Assembly: GCF_001194135.2 (NCBI RefSeq) | Contig: NC_068993.1 | Coordinates: forward strand, 60,883,087 to 60,946,194 | From: Octopus bimaculoides | Taxonomy: Eukaryota | Length of the DNA: 63,108 bases | Direction of reading: 5' to 3' | Part shown: positions 1 to 11,490 of the stretch, piece after piece | Position numbering within the stretch: position 1 is the stretch's first letter | How the letters are laid out: every line of letters starts with the position of its first letter | The notes under the pieces: generated by a model | What the model was told of the DNA's origin: nothing | What the model saw: the letters and a program-made list of their open reading frames with translations, nothing else | The model's database searches: none | Made by a program: the position numbers and the translations under genes

Positions 1-1025
1 ATATATATATATATATATAAACACATATATAAATATATGTATATATATACTTTTATGTGTGTGCGTGTGCGTGTGCATATACTGAAAATTGTAATTAAAA
101 AGAAAATTATTTGAATTGATTTCATTTTAAAATTGGTTTTGTTTTAAACATTTCTAGTAAGATGTCAGAATATTCATTTCATAAATTATAATATTGCTAC
201 ATCTAATTGGGGAAATGTTTTCCCCATGACAACTCTACATATCTTTTAAATCCTCGTTTGTCATGGACGAAATATTTATGAGAAAATTATTCTTGCATTG
301 AGCGGAAATAAAATAACACACACACAATACACACAACACACACAACACACACAACACACATACATCCCATGTATTCGCAATCACACACATATAGATGCAC
401 ACAACCAAACATTGTTGTTTAGGCAAGAACAAACACAGACAAACTCTCCCTCTCTCTCACACAGTCTCTCTGTATCTCTCTCTCTTCCCTTCTTCTATAT
501 GTATGTATGCGTGTGTATTTATATATGAGTATATACATACAAGGAGTATATACATATGAATATTCATATATACGTGCGGATATATATATATATATATATA
601 CGTGTGCATTTATATATATATATATATATATATATATNNNNNNNNNNNNNNNNNNNNNNNNNNNNNNNNNNNNNNNNNNNNNNNNNNNNNNNNNNNNNNN
701 NNNNNNNNNNNNNNNNNNNNNNNNNNNNNNNNNNNNNNNNNNNNNNNNNNNNNNNNNNNNNNNNNNNNNNNNNNNNNNNNNNNNNNNNNNNNNNNNNNNN
801 NNNNNNNNNNNNNNNNNNNNNNNNNNNNNNNNNNNNNNNNNNNNNNNNNNNNNNNNNNNNNNNNNNNNNNNNNNNNNNNNNNNNNCATACATACATATAT
901 GTAATAAATACTTTTTTATTGATATCAAAAAACAAATGGTAACCTAGAATTTGGGGTTAATCTTTGTCTCACTTTTACACAGACATACACCCACCACATA
1001 TCTTGCACACACACACACACACACA

Positions 1026-1072
<47 letters not shown>

Positions 1073-1631
1073 TCTTTGGTTTGATTTCATTTTACAGCCA
1101 TTGAATATCCAAGTGTGACAACTTTGATAGCAATAATATAATGAGCGTCTGTTAGATATCCCCTGTGAAAACGATTGATAGCAATATTATGAGTGGCTAT
1201 AAAATATATAGTGAGAAGAACGCAGTTTTCTTTTTATTATTACCAATGTCGCCTCACTGAAAACTGGCTTTATGGATTCCACTAAGCCACTTTCTTAATT
1301 ATATTTATTTATTTAGTTAGTTTTTCAACAACAACAATAACAACATCAGCAGCAGCAGCACAAACAACAACACCAATGATAATAGTAATAGTAATCTCTG
1401 TTAATTTTGTACCGTAACTTCATTTAAGTACGATCAAGACAAAGTAAAACTCAGATTGTCAGTAAACTAACTGATGGTCTTTAATATTAGTCATTAAGTC
1501 AGTTCACTAAGTTCAATTACAGTAATTCTTTTCTCTTCAACACAGTTAAACGTTTCATTAACCTCGCACACAAAACTGTCTTACCATTAAGATATTTGGG
1601 ATGAAAATAAAGTTTTTTGCCGTCGAACGAG

Positions 1632-1746
1632 GGCGGTGAACTGGCGGATTCCTTAGGAAGCCGGACGAAATGTGGAGGAACATGTCTTCTGGCTCTAGCT
1701 TCTGAGTTCAAAATCCGCCGAGGTCCACTTTTCTTTTCATCCTTTG
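1632..1746 (+). mobile_element. SINE family A, 5' half (fused to an inverted copy)
   Basis: ggcggtgaactggcgg...gccggacgaaatg...ttctgagttcaaaatccgccgaggtc...ttcatccttt matches the other family A copies in the window; B-box-like gagttcaaattcc. Confidence 0.85.
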
Positions 1747-1748
1747 AG

Positions 1749-1813
1749 AAAGACAGACAAATTACCGTTAAGCATTTCGTCCGGCGTGCTAACGTTTCTG
1801 ACAGCTCACCGCC
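1749..1813 (-). mobile_element. SINE family A, 5' head
   Basis: Reverse complement of the family A head (aagcatttcgtccggcgtgctaacgtttctgacagctcaccgcc). Confidence 0.85.
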
Positions 1814-1825
1814 TTCATTAAAATA

Positions 1826-2045
1826 AATATTCTTTTCTACTCTAGCACAGGGCATTGAATTTTGGTGGAGGCGGGGGGCCAGTCGATTAGATCGACTCCA
1901 GTACGCAACTGGTACTTAATTTATCGATTCCGAAGGATGAAAGGCAAAATCGACATCGGCGGAATTTGAACTCAGAACGTAAAGACAGACGAAATACCGC
2001 TAAGCATTTCCTCCGACGTGCTAACGTTTCTGCCAGCTCGCCGCC
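1826..2045 (-). mobile_element. SINE family A, full length
   Basis: Complete head, body (gtcgactttgcctttcatccttcgg...gtcgataaattaagtaccag) and tail (ggccccc...ctagagtagaaaagaatat). Octopus tRNA-derived SINE families OK/OR1/OR2 are known; which name applies here needs a Dfam/Repbase check. Confidence 0.9.
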
Positions 2046-2052
2046 TTAAATA

Positions 2053-2152
2053 ATCGTTTCTACTCTAGGCACAAGACCCGAGATTTTGGTGGAGGGGGGC
2101 CAGTCGATTAGATCGACCAGAGTACGCAACTAGTACTTAATTTATCGACCCC
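2053..2152 (-). mobile_element. SINE family A, 3' half
   Basis: Tail and body fragment similar to 1826-1930. Confidence 0.85.
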
Positions 2153-2196
2153 TGTCCATACGCACATTTACACACTCTCATACACACGCACGCGCA

Positions 2197-2272
2197 CCAG
2201 TGGGATTGAGCCCGGGATCCGGTGATTGTAAAACGAACATCTTAACCGATCAGCCAGTCAGCATAGTACATT
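2197..2272 (-). mobile_element. tRNA-derived SINE head (third type)
   Basis: Minus strand: A-box-like tggctgatcggttaag and B-box-like gggctcaatccc at tRNA spacing. Confidence 0.55.
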
Positions 2273-2687
2273 AAAAATGCTTCCTTCCACATATTATCAC
2301 TTCATTATCTGGATGACTTCTCAGAATTATTTAATTTCAAAAACAATTCCAGTTTTCTTCGCCAGTTAATCTAAATTTTCATGTAATTCCTCGGCGATTC
2401 GCTCCCTGTCATTTCGTGTTGCTGCAGGCGTCAAAATAGACGCAGATACATATCCGGAGCTGCCGGGAAAATGCTTAAAAACCAATATTAAGCAAATAAT
2501 ATTATTTATTTTCGCGAGATAATTTTATTTTTCTGTTCGCTTAAGTGTTCACTCAATTGCTGTGATTACTGATGACGTCAAAATAAAGGGAAAACATGTC
2601 CTGCGGTTTATACTAAGAGAACTTTCATAACTTTCAGAAAGCACCCCCACCCTCATAAACACATACATACATACGTACGTACATATA

Positions 2688-2981
2688 GAGGAACTGTATA
2701 CTGTTGTGGAAATCAGATGTTAACATAAAACTGACGATCAGTGAAAAAGAGAATACTTACGCTGGACTATTGAGAAATCTGCTGTTACTCTACCCAGATT
2801 AGAAGTTCAGGTTTATACCTGTAATTATTGGGACACTGGGAGATGTAACACACTGCTTAAATACCAATCTCGAGAAATTAAGCTTCTCAAAACCAGAAAG
2901 GGAAAAGCTGATCCGAAGACTACAGATCCATTCCATCACTGGAACTGTCAAAATCTGTAAAACTTTCCAGAAGTTTAGCAT
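2688..2981 (+). mobile_element. Non-LTR retrotransposon 3' end, restriction-like endonuclease (R4/Dong/NeSL-type), degenerate
   Basis: Manual translation: TVVEI..VNIKLTISEKENTYAGLLRNLLLLYPD*KFRFIPVIIGTLGDVTHCLNTNLEKLSF...RRLQIHSITGTVKICKTFQKFSI*, the typical RLE C-terminus (E..K..KY..L; IP.IIG.LG). Confidence 0.8.
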
Positions 2982-3024
2982 TTAATTACATACGAGCATG
3001 TCCAGATGTGCTAGTATATCCTTT

Positions 3025-3293
3025 TATTCTATTATTCTTTTTGCCGAACCGCTAGGTTACGGGGACATAAACATACCAGCATCGGTTGTCAAGCGATGTT
3101 GGGGGGACAAGCACAGACACACAAACATATACACACACATATATACGACGGGCCTCTTTCAGTTTCCGTCTACCAAATCCACTCACAAGGCTTTGGTGGG
3201 CCCGAGGTTATAGTAGAAGACACTTGCCCAAGGTGCCACGCAGTGGGACTGAACCCGGAACCATGTGGTTGGTAAGCAAGCTACTTACCCCAC
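3025..3293 (-). mobile_element. SINE family B (tRNA head plus CORE-like domain), 3'-truncated
   Basis: Minus strand: gtaagtagcttgcttaccaaccacatggttccgggttcagtcccactgcgtggcaccttgggcaagtgtcttctactata; about 90% similar to 50388-50807. Confidence 0.9.
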
Positions 3294-3340
3294 TGATTAG
3301 CATCTCAGATAAATATCTTTTATTATATTCTCGAACAGAA

Positions 3341-3415
3341 AGGCGAGGAATTGGTAGGATCGTTAACGCGCCGGACAAAATGCTCAGCGGTATCTCTTCC
3401 GGTTTTACGTTCTGG
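3341..3415 (+). mobile_element. SINE family A head fragment
   Basis: ggcgaggaattggtaggatcgttaacgcgccggacaaaatgctcagcggtat...ttacgttctg. Confidence 0.7.
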
Positions 3416-4105
3416 GGATGTAAAACACTAGACACTCCAGAAGTGACAACTACAACAGAGTTCTCTAGTCTTCTATGTGATTTTGCAGTTCGATTCACGC
3501 ACATTCGGTTCCTGATTATCGACTGCGTGCATAACAGCTTCCATTTCATAAGCACAAAACGCACAAGGCATTCACCACCAAGTGGTTAGATTTCTTAACC
3601 AGGGACGGCGGATGGTCGCCTATTATAAGCTAATATTCAGAATGCATGCATTGGACACAATGGTTTTAATGACCAACTATAAAATATGCTGCGTGTGATT
3701 TACCGATATAACAATCAGCAACTATGAAATAATGAAATATCAACTGTTAAAATATTTATAGCTGAAATTACAATAAAACTTGATAGTTTGATAGCAATAA
3801 CGTCATAAATTACTGCAAGATATCTAGTGTAGCGGGGAGGGGTATATTTAATCGACTAACGACAAACCACTTTCCTTAATACTGCTGTCCTTGTGTCTAA
3901 ATTAGAAATAATATTATATATTAGCAGAATGGCAGTAGAATAGTGAATTATACGACTTGTGCTATTTGGTCGGATCATTCGATTCCCATAGTTCAAATCC
4001 AGCGAGGTCAGCTTTGCGATCTCTTTTCCAAGATCGATTTAATCGATTATACTCCTCTTCTCAAGCATTTTGCCAATGTAAGAAACCTTTATTTAACTCA
4101 GCAGA

Positions 4106-4706
4106 GGCGGCAAACTGCCAGAATTGTTTGCAAGAGTTCTGAGTTCAAATTCCGCCGAGGTCGACTTTGTCTTTCGTTCTCTCTGGATCGATAAAATAAG
4201 TTCCACTGGAGTACTGGGTTCGATGCTATGACTTCCCCCTCTCCTCCAAATCTGCTACTTTTATACCAAAATTTGCAGCCCTTATTTAGCTCAGCAAAGG
4301 CGGCAAGCTGACAGAATCCTTGTAACGCCGGGCAAAATGCTGCGTCCTTGAGATAGAAAGAATTACATTCTCGAATAGAAAAGGCGGCGAAATGGCAGAA
4401 CCGTTGGCACATCGGGCGAAATGCCGCTAAGCACTTTGTCTTCATGTTCTAGGTTCAAATTCCGCCGAGGTCGACTTTGCCTTTCATCCTTTCGGGGACG
4501 ATTAAATAAGTACCAGTTGCGTACTGGGGTCGATCTAATCGACTGGTCCCCTCCCTAAAAATTTCGGGCCTTGTGCTCAGAGTAGAAAAGTATATTTTCG
4601 AGTAGAAAAGGTGGTGAAATGGCAGAATCGTTGGTACGCCGGGCGAAATGCCGCTAAGCACTTTGTCTTCATGTTCTAGGTTCAAATTCCGCCGAGGTCG
4701 ACTTTG
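4106..4706 (+). mobile_element. Head-to-tail cluster of four SINE family A copies or fragments
   Basis: Heads at about 4106, 4299, 4382 and 4610; the 4382 copy is full length; the last copy runs into an N gap. Confidence 0.9.
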
Positions 4707-4871
4707 NNNNNNNNNNNNNNNNNNNNNNNNNNNNNNNNNNNNNNNNNNNNNNNNNNNNNNNNNNNNNNNNNNNNNNNNNNNNNNNNNNNNNNNNNNNNNN
4801 NNNNNNNNNNNNNNNNNNNNNNNNNNNNNNNNNNNNNNNNNNNNNNNNNNNNNNNNNNNNNNNNNNNNNNN

Positions 4872-5052
4872 NAGAGAAACGGATTAAGTCGGTTACATCG
4901 ACCCAGTGCGTAACAGGTACTTAATTTATCGACCCCGAAAGGATAAAAGGTAAAGTCGACCTTGGAGGAATTTGAACTCAAAACGTAACAGCCGACGAAA
5001 TACCTTTAAGCAATTCGCTCGGTGTGCTAACCATTCTGCCAGCTCGCCGCCT
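4872..5052 (-). mobile_element. SINE family A, near full length
   Basis: Reverse complement of the consensus, ending ctgccagctcgccgcc. Confidence 0.9.
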
Positions 5053-5149
5053 TGAGACATCTGAACTGTTTCTGTCAACCAAATTTCACTTCGCAATTTA
5101 CTGCCCAAACCGAGTTTATGAGATCTGACATTTCATCATACGATTGTTG

Positions 5150-5392
5150 CTCGATGGAATCGAACCCTGAACCACAAAATTACGATAGAACTTCTTAGCC
5201 ACACAATTATGCCTGCGTACTTGTTTCTCGTTAACTCCTGACCAAAATAAAAGAACCGTTGTTAGTGTGTTTCAAGCTTTAAAAAAAAAGGAAATACGTA
5301 CTGGGGTCGACTCGTTTGACTAAAATCCTTCAAAGCGGTGCTCCAGCATGGCCGAAGTCTAATGACTGAAACAAGTAAAAGATAAAAGAATG
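5150..5392. mobile_element. SINE family B fragments (minus-strand head 5150-5220; plus-strand tail 5300-5392)
   Basis: Head tgtgtggctaagaagt...gggttcgattcc; tail gtactggggtcgac...gcggtgctccagcatggccg...tgactgaaacaagtaaaagataaaag. Confidence 0.75.
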
Positions 5393-6761
5393 ATACCTTC
5401 ACACATTTATTTATTTTATTTTATTTTATTTTATTTTATTTTATTTTATTTTGTTTTATTTTTGGAAATGAACCTTCCTAGAGCACCTTCCTAGGGCAAA
5501 TACTGACCCAGGAAGGATGGAACGAAATATCGAGCTAGTCGTAAATTGAACGCGGGATATAAAAGGGCACAACATAATACTTGAAGACAGCTCCACGAAT
5601 TTCCGACAATTTTGATGATTGGGCCAAGTGAGCCCTTCCTCGGAGCAACAATTGATTGCAGTGCGTTCACGGAAAAGAAACTTCGTAGGTTTAGCCGAAA
5701 CCGGAATACGTGACTTTCTTGTAATTCCCAGGAAAATGAGTGACATTACTTAAGTATCTCCAACTAGTAATGGCATATCATTAAAAACTATGCAATATTC
5801 AGTGTGAAAAAAAATATTCATAGGAAAATTACACAGAAAATAGATCTAATATCCATTTACGAAAATATAAGTGGTAATATTTAGTATGAATACAATGCTA
5901 GAAGTATTTTAATGACCAGCTATGAAATAATATCTTTTAGCACTTTGATAGCCATAATATAATGGATGTCTATGAAATATTCTTTATGAATACATTTGAT
6001 AAGAATTATTGATTTCTCGTGACTAAGCACAAGGCCAATTTGTATTGGGAATAAACATAAAAAAAATTAACCAAGCAGACTAATGAAAACTGCTTTGAGA
6101 TGTGGAAAGATGGAGAAGAAGAAGAAGAAAAAAAAAACTAAATTTCAATTGACTAAGAAAGAAAATCAGTGTATTATACTCACACAAAATACTAAGTTTG
6201 TCAATCTTTCTAAGGTCTTGGGGTTTGTGAATAGACTGTGCTTCTCTGAAGAGGTCTACAGATACCGAAACATGCTCGAGACTGTTACCATTATTACCAA
6301 AGTTTAGACCCATTCCATTTGTATGTCTACAATTAATGTTGGGTCAATTGAAATTTCAGCCGTTCTAACCCTCACCTTTTTCAGAGGTGGGGGGGGGGCA
6401 GAGTGGGAATGGGGGGGGTGAGTAATTTTTATTAAATCTAAGAAACTTTGTCTAAATGATTAACAAATATTTTCGGCTCCCCACGTTTGGTTTTAGAATC
6501 ATCTCTATCTTTCTCTCTCCCCGATCTCTCTTTCCACCTCTCTTTCTCTCTTCTTTTCTCTTTCTTTCTTTCTCTTTGTATGCTCGTGTGGTGGATGAGA
6601 ACATGTTAGTGAAACCATAGAATAAATAAGCACGAAAAATGACTCGGGCTGATCAAATTCTCAAACTCTGAAATTCTCTTGACGTAGAACAATCCACTGG
6701 AACAAGAATTGGTTATAAGAAATACGATTTTGGAGGAGTAGCAGACAGAAAGATGGCGAAA

Positions 6762-7205
<444 letters not shown>

Positions 7206-7465
7206 TATAAACATTTATAGATTGCAGGAATGTTACATATGTGTATTACAAACTGAAAAAAGCTTTACATCCGTTTCAAATATTGGCGAACGGAACGATT
7301 GATAGTATAAAATATATTCTAGAAACAGGTGTAGCCAATGAGGCAAAATTTCACAAAGCATATTAGCAAAAGTATTACCAACTCGCATGAAGCTTGATAC
7401 GTGGGTATTTTTATGCGAAGATCATCGAATATTCTCGTCGGAAGGATGATTAGCAAATGCAGCAA

Positions 7466-7550
<85 letters not shown>

Positions 7551-7614
7551 GCGTTTCCTTCTTGAGACATGCCTGGATGGCACACTGGTCCTTTGCAAAA
7601 TGTTTACTTGTTTA

Positions 7615-7700
7615 GCCATACCAGGCTCATAAGGGCTGGTCTCCTGCTTTCAGTGACGTATATATCCCCCACCTGAACGGTACACCGGTTCGTCGCAGGA
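7615..7700 (-). mobile_element. SINE fragment with a V/Meta-SINE-like motif
   Basis: Minus strand cctgcgacgaaccggtgtaccgttcaggtgggg resembles, from recall, the cctgcgatggactggc..ccgtccagggg motif of V/MetaSINEs. Confidence 0.45.
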
Positions 7701-7896
7701 TTTGATTGGAAATAGATAGATAGATAATTAAAATAGTAGGGTAAAAAATTGGGTATTAATTAATATCAATTTAATACCAGGAAACCAGCACATTAAAAGA
7801 ATCAGAATATTCAGAAAAAATTTTCTGAGATCTCAAAAGGATTATTGTATTGGTCACCTTTATATATACATATACAATAGATAGATAGATAGATAG

Positions 7897-7970
<74 letters not shown>

Positions 7971-9437
7971 GAGATAGATCATACATAATATACTTATATA
8001 TATAGACTCCGACATGATGGTGATGGTAGCGATTGTAGTGGCCGTGGCGACGGGGTTGGTGTCGCTGTTGGTGGTCGCCATAGATGTGCGCTGTGAGTGT
8101 TATTAGTTTCATTGCTCGCTCTCGCTGTACGTCACTGATTGACTGGTCAGGCGTGTAAGAGTTGTGTTGTTGATTCTGTTCTGAAAGTGCTTCTTCTCTG
8201 CAACGAGTGGTTGCGATCGGATAATCGCCGTCGACACTGCCTGCACGTGACGATGACGGTAACTGTGGCGGGTTGGTGAAGGGCGATATTGGCGGCNNNN
8301 NNNNNNNNNNNNNNNNNNNNNNNNNNNNNNNNNNNNNNNNNNNNNNNNNNNNNNNNNNNNNNNNNNNNNNNNNNNNNNNNNNNNNNNNNNNNNNNNNNNN
8401 NNNNNNNNNNNNNNNNNNNNNNNNNNNNNNNNNNNNNNNNNNNNNNNNNNNNNNNNNNNNNNNNNNNNNNNNNNNNNNNNNNNNNNNNNNNNNNNNNNNN
8501 NNNNNNNNNNNNNNNNNNNNNNNNNNNNNNNNNNNNNNNNNNNNNNNNNNNNNNNNNNNNNNNNNNNNNNNNNNNNNNNNNNNNNNNNNNNNNNNNNNNN
8601 NNNNNNNNNNNNNNNNNNNNNNNNNNNNNNNNNNNNNNNNNNNNNNNNNNNNNNNNNNNNNNNNNNNNNNNNNNNNNNNNNNNNNNNNNNNNNNNNNNNN
8701 NNNNNNNNNNNNNNNNNNNNNNNNNNNNNNNNNNNNNNNNNNNNNNNNNNNNNNNNNNNNNNNNNNNNNNNNNNNNNNNNNNNNNNNNNNNNNNNNNNNN
8801 NNNNNNNNNNNNNNNNNNNNNNNNNNNNNNNNNNNNNNNNNNNNNNNNNNNNNNNNNNNNNNNNNNNNNNNNNNNNNNNNNNNNNNNNNNNNNNNNNNNN
8901 NNNNNNNNNNNNNNNNNNNNNNGATCTGGGGGGGGGTTTAAGGACTAGATCAAATATAAACTAAAACTGCAGCCACATCCAGAGAAAATACTAAGCTGTT
9001 AATTTCTTGCATGACTGGAAGCAATAAGCACCAAACTGTAACCCCAACACCACTTCAACTACCACCGTACACACACTACAACCGCCACGCGTACATTACA
9101 ACTAATACTACTACTGCTGCCGCTGATGATGATGATGCGGACAATATATTTATCACAATAAATTTATGTGCAGTGACACGCTTGCACATACCCTGCCTTA
9201 ATCAGCGTATGTATGCATGTATGTATGTATGTATGTGTGTGTGTGTGTGTATGTGTGTGCGTGTGTGTGTATATATATACCAGCAAGTGCAGTGTTGGGT
9301 TTCTATAGACTCAAAACTGCCCAAATGCCAAAAGCTGCAGGCTCTGCTGTCATTAATTTATATCCTGCTTAGGTTCTATAAGACTCACAAACGCACATCC
9401 ATAACACGTTGACATCACTTCCTCTATTATGTATGTG

Positions 9438-9506
<69 letters not shown>

Positions 9507-9535
9507 GAATCACTGTTTCATCTTTATATGTATGC

Positions 9536-9612
<77 letters not shown>

Positions 9613-9678
9613 TATGTATGTATGTATGTATGTATGTATGTATGTATGTATGTATGTGTGTGTGCGCGCGCCTGTGTG

Positions 9679-10283
9679 CTGTCACGTCTCACGAATGAAC
9701 CTGTTTTGGGACCGAATAGTGACTGGTGACGAGAAATGGGTTCTCTAAAAAAATGTCAAGCGCCGAAGACAGGGAGTAGGAAAAGGAGAAACACCAGCAC
9801 CCTTGGTTAAAGGTCTTCACCCACGTAAAGGTGTTGTTATCTGTTTGGTGGGATATGAAAGGCTTAGTTCACATTGAACTTTTAAACCCAAACCAAACGA
9901 TAACAAATGAGATCTACTGCGAGTAGTTTTAGTCAGCGCTCGAAGAAAAACTGTTTATCTTTGGTTTCTAGACAAAAGGTGTTCTTCCGTCAGGATGACG
10001 CTTGGCCACATATAGCGAGGATGACATTCCAAAGGCGTAAGCATTTTGGATGGGAAATGATGCTCCACCCACCAAATTCGCCAGACATTGCCCCATCTGA
10101 TTATCATTTATTCCGCAAGTTTCAAAATCATTTGGCATGAAAAAATATGAATTCTGTAGACAAGGTCAGAACAGTACGGGAGGAGTATTTTTCGTCACGA
10201 ACAAGTGAATTTTGGAAGAGGGGCCTTGCAAGTCTACCAGATAAGATGGAAGAGCATGGCAGAAAATAAAGGAGAGTATATTT
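9679..10283 (+). mobile_element. Mariner (D,D34D) transposase remnant, catalytic half
   Basis: [21 protein letters not shown](H)QD(N)A(R)PH, HPPNSPDIAPSDYHLFR motifs with frameshifts and stops. Confidence 0.95.
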
Positions 10284-10284
10284 G

Positions 10285-10415
10285 GCTTTGTCCCCCACCA
10301 CTATTTGTCGACCGGTATTAGTGTGTTTGCGTTCCCTTCACTTGGCGATTGGTGCGGCTAAGATTTCTCAAGGCGGTACTCCAGCATGGCAACAGTCTAA
10401 TGACAGTAAAAGATA
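10285..10415 (+). mobile_element. SINE family B, degenerate 3' part
   Basis: tttgtcccccacc...ggcggtactccagcatggcaacagtctaatgac. Confidence 0.65.
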
Positions 10416-10499
10416 AGAAGAAGAAAAGACAAAGAACCGAGACCACCACCAACACCACCACCATTGGTGATGTGGCAGACACCTGTTAACGTGGGTTCT

Positions 10500-10575
10500 C
10501 TTATAGTTTATCCACAGATGAATCTTGATCGAGCAACATATAATCAAAGGCATTACGACCGTGACCATCCTGTAT
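10500..10575 (+). repeat. Dispersed repeat D (unnamed)
   Basis: ttgatcgagca...atcaaaggcatt..gaccgtgaccatcc; related copies at about 20310-20385 (+) and 31835-31905 (-). Confidence 0.55.
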
Positions 10576-10719
10576 GTCGTTAGTATATAGAAGACTATAT
10601 CATTTAATGTGCGCTTTCCTCTTCCAGGACGTTTGAGAAGGATTTTAGAGAGAGACTTAATTTAGAATTCCTTGCAGGTTGAGCAATCACATAAAAGCCG
10701 TCTATTCAGTCACGGTTGT

Positions 10720-10824
10720 TGTTGTTGGTGGTGGTGGTGGTCACGGTGGTGCTTCGGTTTCTGTTTTGTTTTTCCACTGTTAATACGATTGTTGTTCTTA
10801 CTGTTTTTGTTAATAATGAGCATT

Positions 10825-10877
<53 letters not shown>

Positions 10878-11206
10878 GGTGGTGGTGGTGGTTGCTTTCG
10901 TGGTTTAAATATTGTTTTATTTTGTTGCTTTCGGTATTGTTTTGGTTCTTTCCAAGCCTCGGCCATATTCGACTGATCAGACATGTTGTTTTTGCTGTTG
11001 GTGGTGGTCCTTGTGGTATTAGTGGTGATGGTGGTGGTGGTAGTGGTGGTGGTGATGTTCGGGTTGGTGCTGGTGATGGTTGTGGTGTTGGGGTTGGTGA
11101 TGGTGGTGATGGTATTAGTGATGTTGTTGTAGGTGGTGGCGGTGTGGATATTACTAAAGTTTAGTGCAGTGTGACTGCTTTCAAGTGTCAATTTTTTGTT
11201 AGGTGG

Positions 11207-11259
<53 letters not shown>

Positions 11260-11490
11260 NNNNNNNNNNNNNNNNNNNNNNNNNNNNNNNNNNNNNNNNN
11301 NNNNNNNNNNNNNNGGTGGTGGTGGTGCTGGTGTCGCTGGTTGTAGTAGTAATAGTGATACTAGTGAGTGAGGAGTTACTGGTGTTCGCTGTAGTAATGT
11401 GAGATTGCGCGGTTACTCTGTGAGGGTGGGCACCAGTGGCTTCTGTAATGATGATGATGATGATAATGGCGGTGGTGGTGGTGGTAATGA
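10720..11490. repeat. Compound trinucleotide microsatellite region (GGT, GAT, AGT)
   Basis: Visible directly; source of the T/Y/P/S-rich ORFs. Confidence 0.95.

Noticed and set aside
2566-2606. Hammerhead-like CTGATGA...GAAAACATGTC
   Set aside because: No stem II or stem I pairing could be formed.
2755-2800. Strong minus-strand donor cagc|gtaagt
   Set aside because: It lies inside the antisense of the RLE LINE fragment and is best explained as chance.
5456-5746. 96-aa minus ORF and plus-strand TATAAAAG
   Set aside because: No recognisable domain or splice context; TATA-like words are common in AT-rich DNA.
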